A stretch of DNA of 64,000 nt from Candidatus Babeliales bacterium (GCA_050179755.1 JBFXEV010000001.1:1193994-1257993), one strand, 5' to 3'. Counted from the first letter of the stretch, positions 36,518 through 46,558 are shown. Numbers and translations are program-made. The notes: generated by a model not told the origin, from the sequence alone.

Positions 36518-38707
36518 TTATATTGTTTTCATTGCAAGTTCACGATACTCCAACCATTGCTCCACAATATTTTCTGGCCACGAAGCATTAATATCTGCCA
36601 CGTTGCCGTGTGCATCAAATATTGGCTCAAAATGCGGGAAAATATATGCAGTTACTTTTAAATTGCCAATAATTGCTTGTTGATTACGTTTAAGTATGCT
36701 TACATGTTCAGGCACACGTACGTTTCGTGCATACGTATCAAGCAGTTGTTGTAAACTTTGCCCATCTGCAGTGGAATGTATGCGCTGCACTTCTATTGCA
36801 AGGTCTTTAATAAGTTGCAATGTTTTTGCACGGTCTTTAATGACATACCCAAGTACCGTATATTCAGTGCCATTAATATTCTTTTTTTCTTCTTGCAAGG
36901 TAACGCCGCCATGATCTTGTAACCAATTGGCAATGGTAGTATTGGCTTGCGCATGAGCGCCCAACACTTTGGTTGCACCATCTGGCAAGTTTTGCAGCCG
37001 CTTGAGTGCCGTGTTTGCCATATCGCAAATCAACATATCAATTAACTTTTCTTTACCAATTTTGGCAGGCCATTCTTTGAAAAGATCTGCTGTTGCAAGT
37101 TCATCAAATGAATAAATACTTGTATAAAGGGCCAAGATTTCTGCACGCAGTTCTTCAAGCGCAGCGCCAGCTCCTGCAAAAAATTCATTTAAGTTTGCGT
37201 TGGTGACTGGTATGGTATCGCCAATGTTATGCGTTACACCATCAATAGTCATTGGGTCGCCAGCGCGGAACGTGTGCATATCAAGCCGCCCGCTGCCATG
37301 CCCAAGTGTTTCATGCAAAATGCAATGCACGTTCCAAATATCTGCAGATAGTTGTTGCTCAGGGTCATGGATTGCACGCCATTCAGCTTCATCTGCTAAA
37401 TAGGAAAGTTGTTTTGCAAGAACTGGGTTCAATGCAGTTCCAAGCCCCTTGCTTGATTGATAAATAATTTGCTTAGAACCATGTTGTGCTCTAATTTCAG
37501 GATAATTGGGCAAGCAATACGCAGCAACTATAGAAAGTGGCCCTAATTCACCTGAACCTACTGCCAAGCTATTAATTGATGCATTAGGAATGCTTGCAAG
37601 ATCATGCAAGTTAGTGCGTTTCCATGCTGCAGGGAATGGCAATTGGCTTTCAATGCTAGGCAATATACGGTTGAGTGAATCCATATCAATGCTTTTAATG
37701 GTAACTTCCGCTTGGAACATGCCGCGAAATTCTTTAGGGTCACAATAGTTTTCAATAAACCCAAAACAATAATCAAGGCGGCTTTTGGTTTTAGTCCAAG
37801 CAATGCAGTGCCGTTTAAATGCGTCTTCACACCCTGTGCGTACGTGCTCAATTAAATGAGTTAAACTTTCTGGAATATATTCATCAAAAATATGAGGATG
37901 TTTATGCGCATAATCACATGCTTTTTCAAGCCAATGGCATGCAACAGTAAGTTCATCTGAATATTTGCCACCAATTTTATAGCGTTCAACGGTGGGTATA
38001 CGCATGCCATCTTGGCAAGTTACTGAATAATAGGCATTCAAGTGTGCACGATCTTGTGCGCTTAATGCATTATAATCTTCTTCAGTAAAATCTGGTGCAT
38101 AAATATTTACCGCGCTTTGTTCTATGCTATTTGGCACGCATACAGAGTGTTCATGTGTGTGATCAAAAAGTGAAGATTCAACTTCTTGGAGTAATGAAAC
38201 ATATTTTGGTTCATCGAGAGCATGAAGCACTTGGTGAAAATTTTCATGTGTTAAATTAGTAAGGCCCAAGCGAGCAGGTGAGCGTTTTTCATTGGCATGT
38301 TCACGAATGAAATATTGGCCATGATTTGCCCAGAGATACACAAGATATGTTGTAAGTTGTTCAAAAAAAAGTTCATGTTGAGCAAACACGTGCACGCGAG
38401 GATCATTTTTATGCAGATATATATGCTCGCAAAGCTGTGTGATTGCATTGGCGTGTCTATGCAATTGATCTGCTATAATGCGATTACCGGGTAATCCTGC
38501 ACGGAATAAATAATACATAAACACGCGTTCTTCTGGTGTGAGGCTATTATAAAGATCTGGCAACGATTCATTATAACGAGTAGCAATTTCGTGAAATTGG
38601 TCAATAGTAGCAGGAGCGGGAGCAAGCTTTGGCACAGTATGATCCTTTGAATATGCAAGCTCTGCAATGCAGAGTAGTGCAAGGGCGATTATAAGTTTTT
38701 TTTCCAT
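36518..38707 (-). CDS. Dipeptidyl peptidase III (M49), exported
   Basis: HETLGHGSG (HEXXGH), EELRAE, GFIENYCDP; signal peptide. Confidence 0.88.
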   Translation of the reverse strand: MEKKLIIALALLCIAELAYSKDHTVPKLAPAPATIDQFHEIATRYNESLPDLYNSLTPEERVFMYYLFRAGLPGNRIIADQLHRHANAITQLCEHIYLHKNDPRVHVFAQHELFFEQLTTYLVYLWANHGQYFIREHANEKRSPARLGLTNLTHENFHQVLHALDEPKYVSLLQEVESSLFDHTHEHSVCVPNSIEQSAVNIYAPDFTEEDYNALSAQDRAHLNAYYSVTCQDGMRIPTVERYKIGGKYSDELTVACHWLEKACDYAHKHPHIFDEYIPESLTHLIEHVRTGCEDAFKRHCIAWTKTKSRLDYCFGFIENYCDPKEFRGMFQAEVTIKSIDMDSLNRILPSIESQLPFPAAWKRTNLHDLASIPNASINSLAVGSGELGPLSIVAAYCLPNYPEIRAQHGSKQIIYQSSKGLGTALNPVLAKQLSYLADEAEWRAIHDPEQQLSADIWNVHCILHETLGHGSGRLDMHTFRAGDPMTIDGVTHNIGDTIPVTNANLNEFFAGAGAALEELRAEILALYTSIYSFDELATADLFKEWPAKIGKEKLIDMLICDMANTALKRLQNLPDGATKVLGAHAQANTTIANWLQDHGGVTLQEEKKNINGTEYTVLGYVIKDRAKTLQLIKDLAIEVQRIHSTADGQSLQQLLDTYARNVRVPEHVSILKRNQQAIIGNLKVTAYIFPHFEPIFDAHGNVADINASWPENIVEQWLEYRELAMKTI

Positions 38708-38874
38708 GAGTAACTCTCTTTAAGTATAGCACACTTTAAGGTTTTTTAGGCCTTATTATCCTAGCAAAAGGAAGGTAGCGTACACAAGAGATGGGCTAAG
38801 CGGCACCTGTATACCTGCAACTTGCAAATAATTTCTATTTGTATATACTAATTATATGAACTATTTAATGGAGA

Positions 38875-39414
38875 TTGATTATGTCAAAAGTATCAACCTG
38901 GGGCATGTTGGCCCTTACTCTTTCCCTGTCTTGCTCAACGCTGGGCATGGACTATATTCCAAAAGCTCTTAAATCGGGTAGGCTCTGGGGTGCTGTTGCC
39001 GTGGCTACGGTAATTTCAGGGGCTATTTATTATCTTGAATATTGGCAAGATGCGCCAAATCGCGATTTGTTTCAGGGTGTTTGCGAGGGTGATTACAACA
39101 AAGTAGCACTTGCGCTCTATGACGGCGCTGATCATTTACGCAGAGCAAAAGATGGCAGCACGTTGCTCCATTATGCAGTGCGGCGCGGGCATCGCGATAT
39201 TGTTCACTTGTTAACGGCAGCTTCACTACCTGGCAGGCCACTTATTAATATAGCAGATGTTGCTGGCAATACGCCACTTTATTATGCGGTAGAAAAAAAT
39301 GATGCATCGATGGTAAAATTACTTATCTTATCTGGCGCATGTAAAGAATGCACGTCAGACGTGCGCATGACACAAGAATTAGAAGAAAAAATAGAGAAGC
39401 TGGCCTACACTTAA
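38875..39414 (+). CDS. Ankyrin-repeat protein with signal/TM segment
   Basis: GSTLLHYAV, GNTPLYYAV; TLG-MD. Confidence 0.85.
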   Translation: MIMSKVSTWGMLALTLSLSCSTLGMDYIPKALKSGRLWGAVAVATVISGAIYYLEYWQDAPNRDLFQGVCEGDYNKVALALYDGADHLRRAKDGSTLLHYAVRRGHRDIVHLLTAASLPGRPLINIADVAGNTPLYYAVEKNDASMVKLLILSGACKECTSDVRMTQELEEKIEKLAYT

Positions 39415-39475
39415 TAACCTTTCTATCTTAAATTTTTATGCTACACTTTTTTGTGGATAACAAGAGGGTTGTAGC

Positions 39476-39964
39476 ATGATTATTTTAGGAATAGATCCTG
39501 GCTTACGGTATGCTGGTTACGGTATTGCCAAAAAAGAACAAACAAAAACTTTTTTGCTTGATTATGGCTGTTTAAATTTGCCACAGAAAGAACCAATTCC
39601 TGTGCGCCTAAAATTACTTTACGATTTTTTTCTTGTAAAGATTATAGAATATAAGGTTACTGATCTAGCGCTTGAAACGCCATTCTTGGGTAAAAATCCT
39701 CAAAATTTTATGAAACTTGGTTATGTGCGGGGTGCTTTATACTTACTTGCAATAGAACACAACTTGGTGCTTCATGAATTTGCCCCACGTGAAATTAAAC
39801 AAGCGATTACCGGTTGGGGCGCTGCGCCTAAAGATCAAGTGGCACGTGTTATTCTCAATTTGTTTCCAAAAATGGATGCGCCAAAGCGTGAAGATGTTAC
39901 CGATGCACTTGCCGTAACACTGACTGGTCTTTGGAGATCAAAACAGATGATTCTCAGAAAATAA
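39476..39964 (+). CDS. ruvC: Holliday junction resolvase
   Basis: IILGIDPG, LALE, PREIKQAITGWGAAPK.QV, DVTDALAV. Confidence 0.95.
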   Translation: MIILGIDPGLRYAGYGIAKKEQTKTFLLDYGCLNLPQKEPIPVRLKLLYDFFLVKIIEYKVTDLALETPFLGKNPQNFMKLGYVRGALYLLAIEHNLVLHEFAPREIKQAITGWGAAPKDQVARVILNLFPKMDAPKREDVTDALAVTLTGLWRSKQMILRK

Positions 39965-39967
39965 TTT

Positions 39968-40186
39968 CTATGCTTTTCTTACCATATGCCATTGCACTGC
40001 ACCTTTACAATTACGGCATGGCGGGAAACGGTCGCCTTTTGCAAGAGGTATTTCACGTTGGTCTTCAGAAACACATCCTTTATTGTCAATGCCACATGCA
40101 GCATTATTAATGCGATACACGCCCGATTCTGGGCAAATTTCACCAATGTTAAATCTGCGTTGTATGATTTCATCTTTTTTTGACAT
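39968..40186 (-). CDS. Small YjzC-like zinc-ribbon protein
   Basis: AAGGAG RBS; GEICPESGVY...GDRFPPCRNC...W. Confidence 0.7.
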   Translation of the reverse strand: MSKKDEIIQRRFNIGEICPESGVYRINNAACGIDNKGCVSEDQREIPLAKGDRFPPCRNCKGAVQWHMVRKA

Positions 40187-40358
40187 AGCTTCTCCTTTTT
40201 AAATAGGTAGTGGGCCTTAAACTTTTCCAAATACATCCTACCATATTTTGTTTCTAATACACAATAATTCTACGAAAATATAAAACTATCGCTCTTTCTG
40301 TAGTAAATCGGTTATGCTTAAACTATAAAGTATTAAAAGTAAAAAAAGGAGCAGGGCA

Positions 40359-42068
40359 ATGGCGGCATCAGTATACAAACGATTTACTAGTCTTATTTGT
40401 ATTACTTTATTCATGAGCACGCTACATGCAATGGAGCCGCAAAAACCATCGGCAAGTCCGTTTGCATTACGTAAGAAAACTGAGGTAAGGCTTCCACGTG
40501 ATAGCAGTACCTATAGTGGCATTGAAGAGAGTGATAGTGAAGATAGCCTTACTTTACCAACGAGCTCTTCTCAATCTACTAAAGCACAAACAACGGTTTG
40601 GGTTCCAGCGCGTATGCGAAAAAAGGCATCAGAATCATCTTCTTCTGTATCCCCAGAAGAAAAAATAGATGTAACGCCAACAGAATCACCAATGCTTTCA
40701 CCAAGGCCTGCGCGGCAACAGCAATGGGTATCTCCTCGCTTGCGCAGAGCATCATTGAAAGAAAAGAGTAAGTTTGCAACATTAAAAAAAGCTAAACCGG
40801 TTCAAGAAGATAAAGTGCAAGAAGAACCAGATAGCGCCCAACTTAATCGCAGATCCATGGATGTGTTGGAGTTGAGTAGTGGCAGCGTATTGCAACTGGA
40901 TAAAGAGTTCCATGCAAAATTAAAAGATCTTAATCCTGCGTTTCATGCGGCAATAAAAAAGGGAGATCTTGAGAAAGCATCATTATTGGTTCGCTCTGGC
41001 GCCGATGTGCGCAGCACAGATTCATCGGGACAGACAGCACTTGACTATGCGTTAAATGCTAAAAATTTGCAACTTCTTTATTTCCTACGAGATCATGGTG
41101 TTTCAGTGCCTACTGTGTCATTGCCAACAAGACTAAGCATACCTGGCTATAAAAACAATAAAAAAACATTAGTAATGAGGCCTGCAAAACTAGATGAAAG
41201 TTCTGACGAAGAATTAGCAATTATCTCTCCTGCTCTTTCGCCTCGCGCAGCACCAATGTCATTGCAAAGCCCCGGCGGCTATGATGAGCCAGAATTGAGT
41301 GCAGTGCAGGATGGCGATGGTTATTCCATGCCAGATTTGGGCAAGGCGCGTACAAGCGGCCTGAGACTTGAACGTAGCAGCGATACTATTGAATATAGTG
41401 ATGGGTCTATTATTCAACTTGATAAACGTTATCATACAAAGCTTAAAGGCTATAAGGCACGCTTTGACAAGCTTACAAAAAAAGCTCAATTAGACGACAA
41501 AGATTTTAATGAACTTAAAGCACTTATTCGCAGCGGTGTTGATATAAATGCGCCCAATTCAGATGGCGTGCCCCCGATAGTGCAGGCTGTTCTTGATAAT
41601 AAGTGGTATCTTTTTAAATTTCTCGTGAAACATGGTGCTGACGTTAATAAACAAGGCAAAAGAATTGAAGCGCGGTCAGATAATCCTACGCTCAAACGAG
41701 AAGTTGCGCAAGCTACTGCTTTATCAGAAGCGGCGCGCTTGGGGAGAGTGCGTTATGTGCAGTATTTACTTTCAGATGATGTCAAGGCAGATCCTAATCT
41801 TGCCGATGGTCATGGTGCTACTCCATTAATGATTGCTGTGCTTGCTATAGGGGATGCTGCCGTTACCATAGCGCGCTTGCTTGTTAACGCTGGTGCAGAT
41901 GTGTTTGCAAAAAATAGCCGAGGTCAAGATGCCTTGGCGTTTGGGGGCATGTTCAGAGCTAAAGAGAATTACTTGGATTATGTAGATCGCAAGCAACAAG
42001 AAGCGCTTGCCGGTAAAGCGTCGCAAAGTGTTGTTGAAGGCTATGTAGAAAGTGTTATAGAAAAATAA
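40359..42068 (+). CDS. Secreted ankyrin protein with Ser/Pro-rich disordered regions
   Basis: LHA-ME; GQTALDYA, GVPPIVQAV, GATPLMIAV; internal duplication. Confidence 0.88.
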   Translation: MAASVYKRFTSLICITLFMSTLHAMEPQKPSASPFALRKKTEVRLPRDSSTYSGIEESDSEDSLTLPTSSSQSTKAQTTVWVPARMRKKASESSSSVSPEEKIDVTPTESPMLSPRPARQQQWVSPRLRRASLKEKSKFATLKKAKPVQEDKVQEEPDSAQLNRRSMDVLELSSGSVLQLDKEFHAKLKDLNPAFHAAIKKGDLEKASLLVRSGADVRSTDSSGQTALDYALNAKNLQLLYFLRDHGVSVPTVSLPTRLSIPGYKNNKKTLVMRPAKLDESSDEELAIISPALSPRAAPMSLQSPGGYDEPELSAVQDGDGYSMPDLGKARTSGLRLERSSDTIEYSDGSIIQLDKRYHTKLKGYKARFDKLTKKAQLDDKDFNELKALIRSGVDINAPNSDGVPPIVQAVLDNKWYLFKFLVKHGADVNKQGKRIEARSDNPTLKREVAQATALSEAARLGRVRYVQYLLSDDVKADPNLADGHGATPLMIAVLAIGDAAVTIARLLVNAGADVFAKNSRGQDALAFGGMFRAKENYLDYVDRKQQEALAGKASQSVVEGYVESVIEK

Positions 42069-42120
42069 ATTTTTATTTTAAAAATTAATTAATTCCGAAT
42101 TATTAAATTATAAAGAGGTT

Positions 42121-42270
42121 ATGAGCATGTTATCATTTTTACAACGAGCAATTATGTATTGCTTATTTTTTGTTACTATTGTAGGAGCCATGTATTTATA
42201 TGCGATCGATGGCGATATTGTGCAAGAGAGTGGGCCCTATGCTATTGATTTAGTGGTTGATTTTGGGTAG
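42121..42270 (+). CDS. Small hydrophobic protein, 49 aa (not in ORF track)
   Basis: AAGAGG RBS; MSMLSFLQRAIMYCLFFVTIVGAMYLYAIDGDIVQESGPYAIDLVVDFG*. Confidence 0.5.
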   Translation: MSMLSFLQRAIMYCLFFVTIVGAMYLYAIDGDIVQESGPYAIDLVVDFG

Positions 42271-43594
42271 CTCTAGTTATCTGTTTATCACTAGGAAACG
42301 GCACGTATAACGGCTGGTTGCCTGTTTTTAAAAAATAATCTTTTCATTCAAGCCACTGCACCATGATATGGTTTTCTTGCCAACGGGAACTTAAGTGCTG
42401 ATCGATTAACAAAAAGATTCTAAACTATCAAAACTGTTGCATTCCTTTTTTGCTTTACAGTATCTTAAAAATAAATGGATGCGTAAACCCCAAAATAGGA
42501 GGGTCGCCAAATGAAGAATATGAACTGTGCCTATGCAAACACTATAGATCGTGAACATACAAGTATGTCCGCAGCGGTCTATCGCCGTGTTCCTAAGTTA
42601 TTAACTGATTTAGATATATTAGATTTAAATGATACGTTGCTGTGTAATGGTATTCATTATTTAAAAGTACAAGATATTGAGCATGGCAGGCAAGTATTAG
42701 AGGCGTGTTTATCATCTCTCCATTATTATCATTCTATTGGATGCTTAACGTTATTCAATACGCCGCATGCTATGTCTGTTGATGATATTTTTAATGATCT
42801 ATCTCATTCAGGTTCGCTTGATAGGCCCGATGCTTTGGCTAATTACTTTTTTGATCAATTTGACTATGACTTTATGTGGATTGAATTGACTGCATTATAT
42901 GCGATCGATGGCGATATTGTGCAAGAGAGTGGGCCCTATGCTATTGATTTAGTGGTTGATTTTGGGTAGCTCTAGTTATCTGTTTATCACTAGGAAACGG
43001 CACGTATAACGGCTGGTTGCCTGTTTTTAAAAAATAATCTTTTCATTCAAGCCACTGCACCATGATATGGTTTTCTTGCCAACGGGAACTTAAGTGCTGA
43101 TCGATTAACAAAAAGATTCTAAACTATCAAAACTGTTGCATTCCTTTTTTGCTTTACAGTATCTTAAAAATAAATGGATGCGTAAACCCCAAAATAGGAG
43201 GGTCGCCAAATGAAGAATATGAACTGTGCCTATGCAAACACTATAGATCGTGAACATACAAGTATGTCCGCAGCGGTCTATCGCCGTGTTCCTAAGTTAT
43301 TAACTGATTTAGATATATTAGATTTAAATGATACGTTGCTGTGTAATGGTATTCATTATTTAAAAGTACAAGATATTGAGCATGGCAGGCAAGTATTAGA
43401 GGCGTGTTTATCATCTCTCCATTATTATCATTCTATTGGATGCTTAACGTTATTCAATACGCCGCATGCTATGTCTGTTGATGATATTTTTAATGATCTA
43501 TCTCATTCAGGTTCGCTTGATAGGCCCGATGCTTTGGCTAATTACTTTTTTGATCAATTTGACTATGACTTTATGTGGATTGAATTGACTGCAT
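42196..43594. repeat. Tandem direct duplication, 699-bp unit
   Basis: 42196-42895 appears identical to 42895-43594 (offset 699). Confidence 0.95.
42511..42969 (+). CDS. Chimeric ORF created by the duplication
   Basis: N-terminal part identical to 43210..43695; C-terminus LYAIDGDIVQESGPYAIDLVVDFG identical to 42121..42270. Confidence 0.55.
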   Translation: MKNMNCAYANTIDREHTSMSAAVYRRVPKLLTDLDILDLNDTLLCNGIHYLKVQDIEHGRQVLEACLSSLHYYHSIGCLTLFNTPHAMSVDDIFNDLSHSGSLDRPDALANYFFDQFDYDFMWIELTALYAIDGDIVQESGPYAIDLVVDFG

Positions 43595-43695
43595 CATTAA
43601 GTAGCTTACAATGGTACCAATCTTTTTCCCGTCAAATGAAAGCAAGCGGCGTTGCTGACCGTATGCCGATTGTTAAATTGCTGTATGAAGGCTGA
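43210..43695 (+). CDS. Hypothetical protein (intact copy)
   Basis: AGGAGG RBS; 161 aa; ...FDYDFMWIE... Confidence 0.75.
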   Translation: MKNMNCAYANTIDREHTSMSAAVYRRVPKLLTDLDILDLNDTLLCNGIHYLKVQDIEHGRQVLEACLSSLHYYHSIGCLTLFNTPHAMSVDDIFNDLSHSGSLDRPDALANYFFDQFDYDFMWIELTASLSSLQWYQSFSRQMKASGVADRMPIVKLLYEG

Positions 43696-43918
43696 GGGGC
43701 GGCTTTGGAGCAAGCATAGCTTAAAAATCTGATAATAACTATTATGTAAACACGCAATGCTTTGCGGTGCACTATCGTGCGAGTCGAAGGACGAAGCACT
43801 GGCATCTCTCATCTCGCGCTTGTCCGCCGAAGTTTTAACGTAGGCTGGGAGTGTTTTTCGAGCCATTTAGGCGAATTATCGTAGAAGATTCACTGATCAT
43901 TTACATGCCTTATCACTG

Positions 43919-44205
43919 GTGCCCTTATGCAGGGCTGCACACGCCTTTTTTGCATGCTCAAAAAAGGGTGCAAAAAAGAGCAAACGGGGACTGCCGTCCC
44001 CATTCCCCCCTGCTATTCTGCTTGGATATTACCCTGCATGTAACGACATTTACATCAGGGCAAGTAAACAAGCAATTATTGTCATAGCTTTCTTAAGTCA
44101 GAGCGGGGGTATAAGCAGGGGGCAGCAAGCCCTCTGGTTTGGCCTTTTGTTTAATATATTTTGGCCACGCAAAATATATCATGCTCGCCGCAGAGGCGCG
44201 AAGCG
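43919..44205. other. Symmetric multi-hairpin element (MITE-like or structured RNA)
   Basis: Mirror-arranged hairpins with long-range pairing between left and right arms (see findings). Confidence 0.55.
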
Positions 44206-44484
44206 TAAGCATTCATACGTGAAAAGCCAAACTTCTATAGTAGTATCAGAGAACGATTTGCGTAATTCATAGTTTCTGAACCAGATGACGTCCAAATTAG
44301 GCCCTAGATTGCACGTTTTTATGGCATTTAAGAGTTTGGCCCTTGGGCATTAGATTTTTAAAGCTATTTTGGCCATGTTAATAAGCAATTTTTTTTGAAA
44401 CCCCAAAAATAAGCCTCCATTTTGGATTTCTTACATTATTCTTATATTTATCAGTAGCTTTTTTCTATTTTAGTTTATTCGTTC

Positions 44485-44676
44485 TTAAGTAAAGTAATAG
44501 GAAGACAATGTGCCAAAATTGCTACGACTTTCATCACTTTCTTTCACAATCAGGTCAGTAATAGCGCGTTCAAAATTATCTCTTTCAGGCGACCATGATG
44601 GTTTAAAGAATTCCATAGTATGAATTGGTTGAAAGCATAAAATGCTTACATTTATTGCTAAGATACATTTTTTCAT
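44485..44676 (-). pseudogene. Truncated secreted-protein gene (signal peptide + short stub)
   Basis: MKKCILAINVSILCFQPIHT-ME..., only 63 aa, directly after fic. Confidence 0.45.
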
Positions 44677-44677
44677 A

Positions 44678-45817
44678 TTAATCCAATTCTTTTTCTAAAA
44701 TTTCAAGATATGGCGTAAAACTATATAACTTATTTCTGCTATATTTAGTTTGCTTGGTAAGCCAACCAAGTTCAATAAAGACCTTAATAATATTATGAGC
44801 AGTATTATAATTCTTTCCCATTAAGTCGGCCAAATGACCAATTGAAATTACAGGATATTCAAACAATTGTTCAAGTGCCAGAGCAGCTGTATCTCGCTTA
44901 CGCGCAAACAATGAATTTTCTTGAACAATCACATGTAACTGTTGATACAGTTTTTCTATTTCTTTGGCGCGAAGATAAGCATCACGGCTACTTTCTTCTA
45001 TCGCTGTCAAATAAAATAATACCCAGCCTTCAAAATCACCCTGCGTGCGTACGCTATCAAGATGTTTATAATATGCCATTTGATGTTTCTTAAAAAAATA
45101 TGAGGGATATAAAATTGGTGTATGCAGTAAATTATCTTCCATGAACATTAGAACAATGAGCAATCTGCCTATTCTTCCATTGCCATCTAAAAATGGATGA
45201 ATGGTTTCAAACTGCACGTGCGCAAGCCCTGCTTTAATAAGCGGAGAAATTGTGGTAGCGGTTTCAACTTGCTTATTAATAAACTTTTCAAGACTTGCCA
45301 TGAGTTCAGGCACCATGTGTGCTGGGGGTGGTATTAATTGGCCCACACGAACTGATTGCTTTCTAAAGTGACCTGGATTTGCTTTGGAGCTATCACCTAC
45401 GGTCATTAATATTTCATGTGCTCGCAGAATAACTCGATTTACAATAGGCAATCCTTGTTCTTTCATCATTACAAGAGCTGCCTCAAGTGCTTTTGCATAG
45501 TTGAGAACTAGTTGAGTAGGCTTGTTAATTTTTGAACCGCTGAGTGGTTGAGTGTATACATCTAATAGCGTAGTATGAATGCCTTCAATATCTGATGTAA
45601 GCATTGCTTCTTTTATAATATAAGCTTTTAAAAATCTACTACTATTTGGTAAACGCCCTGCCGCTTCATCTAATTTACTTAGCCATTGCAATGCAGCACC
45701 GTAACGTTCGGCAATTTGAGGAGTAAGCTCAAAAGGCGGGTTTTCTGGTGGTAAATCTGCTGGAATAAAGTGATTTATACTACCTAGCTTTTCGTAATAA
45801 CCTGCTTGACGCTTCAT
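44678..45817 (-). CDS. Fic-family protein (Fic_N + Fic + C-terminal HTH)
   Basis: HPFLDGNGRIGR; EAMLTSDIEG inhibitory-like motif; C-terminal wHTH-like region. Confidence 0.93.
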   Translation of the reverse strand: MKRQAGYYEKLGSINHFIPADLPPENPPFELTPQIAERYGAALQWLSKLDEAAGRLPNSSRFLKAYIIKEAMLTSDIEGIHTTLLDVYTQPLSGSKINKPTQLVLNYAKALEAALVMMKEQGLPIVNRVILRAHEILMTVGDSSKANPGHFRKQSVRVGQLIPPPAHMVPELMASLEKFINKQVETATTISPLIKAGLAHVQFETIHPFLDGNGRIGRLLIVLMFMEDNLLHTPILYPSYFFKKHQMAYYKHLDSVRTQGDFEGWVLFYLTAIEESSRDAYLRAKEIEKLYQQLHVIVQENSLFARKRDTAALALEQLFEYPVISIGHLADLMGKNYNTAHNIIKVFIELGWLTKQTKYSRNKLYSFTPYLEILEKELD

Positions 45818-46207
45818 ATTTTCCTTAAATTTTTTTATATTTAGTAAATTTGCTTAGGCTGAAATAGGTGGCTTAAAAGAGCTCCTTGTTTCAATTTCAA
45901 GGCCTAAGCTGAAATAAGGATAGCAAAAAATAGCTCTTATTTCAACTTGGAGCCTAAAAAGATAATTTGCAAGGTGATCCATTTATGGTATTCTCATACT
46001 AGATTTTTGTTTTTTATCTTAGGAGTTATCATGACCTCTCTTTCATACTTTCACCAAATAAGTGCCCTGCTCGGTTCTTTTAAAATGCCTCATTCACCTC
46101 TCACTTCTCCTATACTCCCCAGCTAACGTTGGCTAGTTACTTTTAAAAATTTTTAGTATTCATTTTCGAGTTTTAATATAATGCTGTTTAACAGTAAAGG
46201 ATATTGC

Positions 46208-46540
46208 ATGGCAACTATTCAAGATTTTGACAATTTAGACATTCGTGTAGGCAAGATTATCGGCGTAGAAGATTTTCCTGAAGCTCGCAAGCCTGCTTAT
46301 AAATTAACCATCGATTTTGGTGAACAAATTGGCATCAAGCGGTCATCAGCGCAAATAGTGAAGCATTATACCAAAGATGAACTTGTCGGTAAATTAGTAA
46401 TGGGGGTGGTTAATTTCCCGCCACGCCAAATTGGGCCATTTATTTCTGAGGTGCTCACTCTTGGCGTTCCTGATGAAGAAAAAAACGTGGTTCTTGTGCA
46501 ACCTGAGCGTGTAGTGCCAATTGGCGGTAGATTATTTTAA
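46208..46540 (+). CDS. csaA: tRNA-binding/secretion chaperone CsaA
   Basis: LDIRVGKI, ARKPAYKLTIDFG, SSAQI, VNFPPRQIGPFISEVLTLG. Confidence 0.92.
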   Translation: MATIQDFDNLDIRVGKIIGVEDFPEARKPAYKLTIDFGEQIGIKRSSAQIVKHYTKDELVGKLVMGVVNFPPRQIGPFISEVLTLGVPDEEKNVVLVQPERVVPIGGRLF

Positions 46541-46558
46541 TTTTTAAGAAAGAATATC

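Noticed and set aside
25043..39460. TGTGGATAA DnaA-box matches at 25043-25051 and 39452-39460
   Set aside because: Isolated single boxes, not an oriC cluster; at most regulatory.
40760..40805. LKKA / LRKKT as WH2 actin-binding motifs
   Set aside because: The preceding amphipathic helix pattern is unconvincing.
43725..43800. Hammerhead-like GAGTC-GAAG-GACGAA
   Set aside because: No adjacent CUGANGA core or stems I/III; better explained as a REP-like palindrome.
43606..44272. ORFs 43606..43866, 43851..44087 and 43919..44272
   Set aside because: No RBS or motifs; they overlie palindromic non-coding elements.
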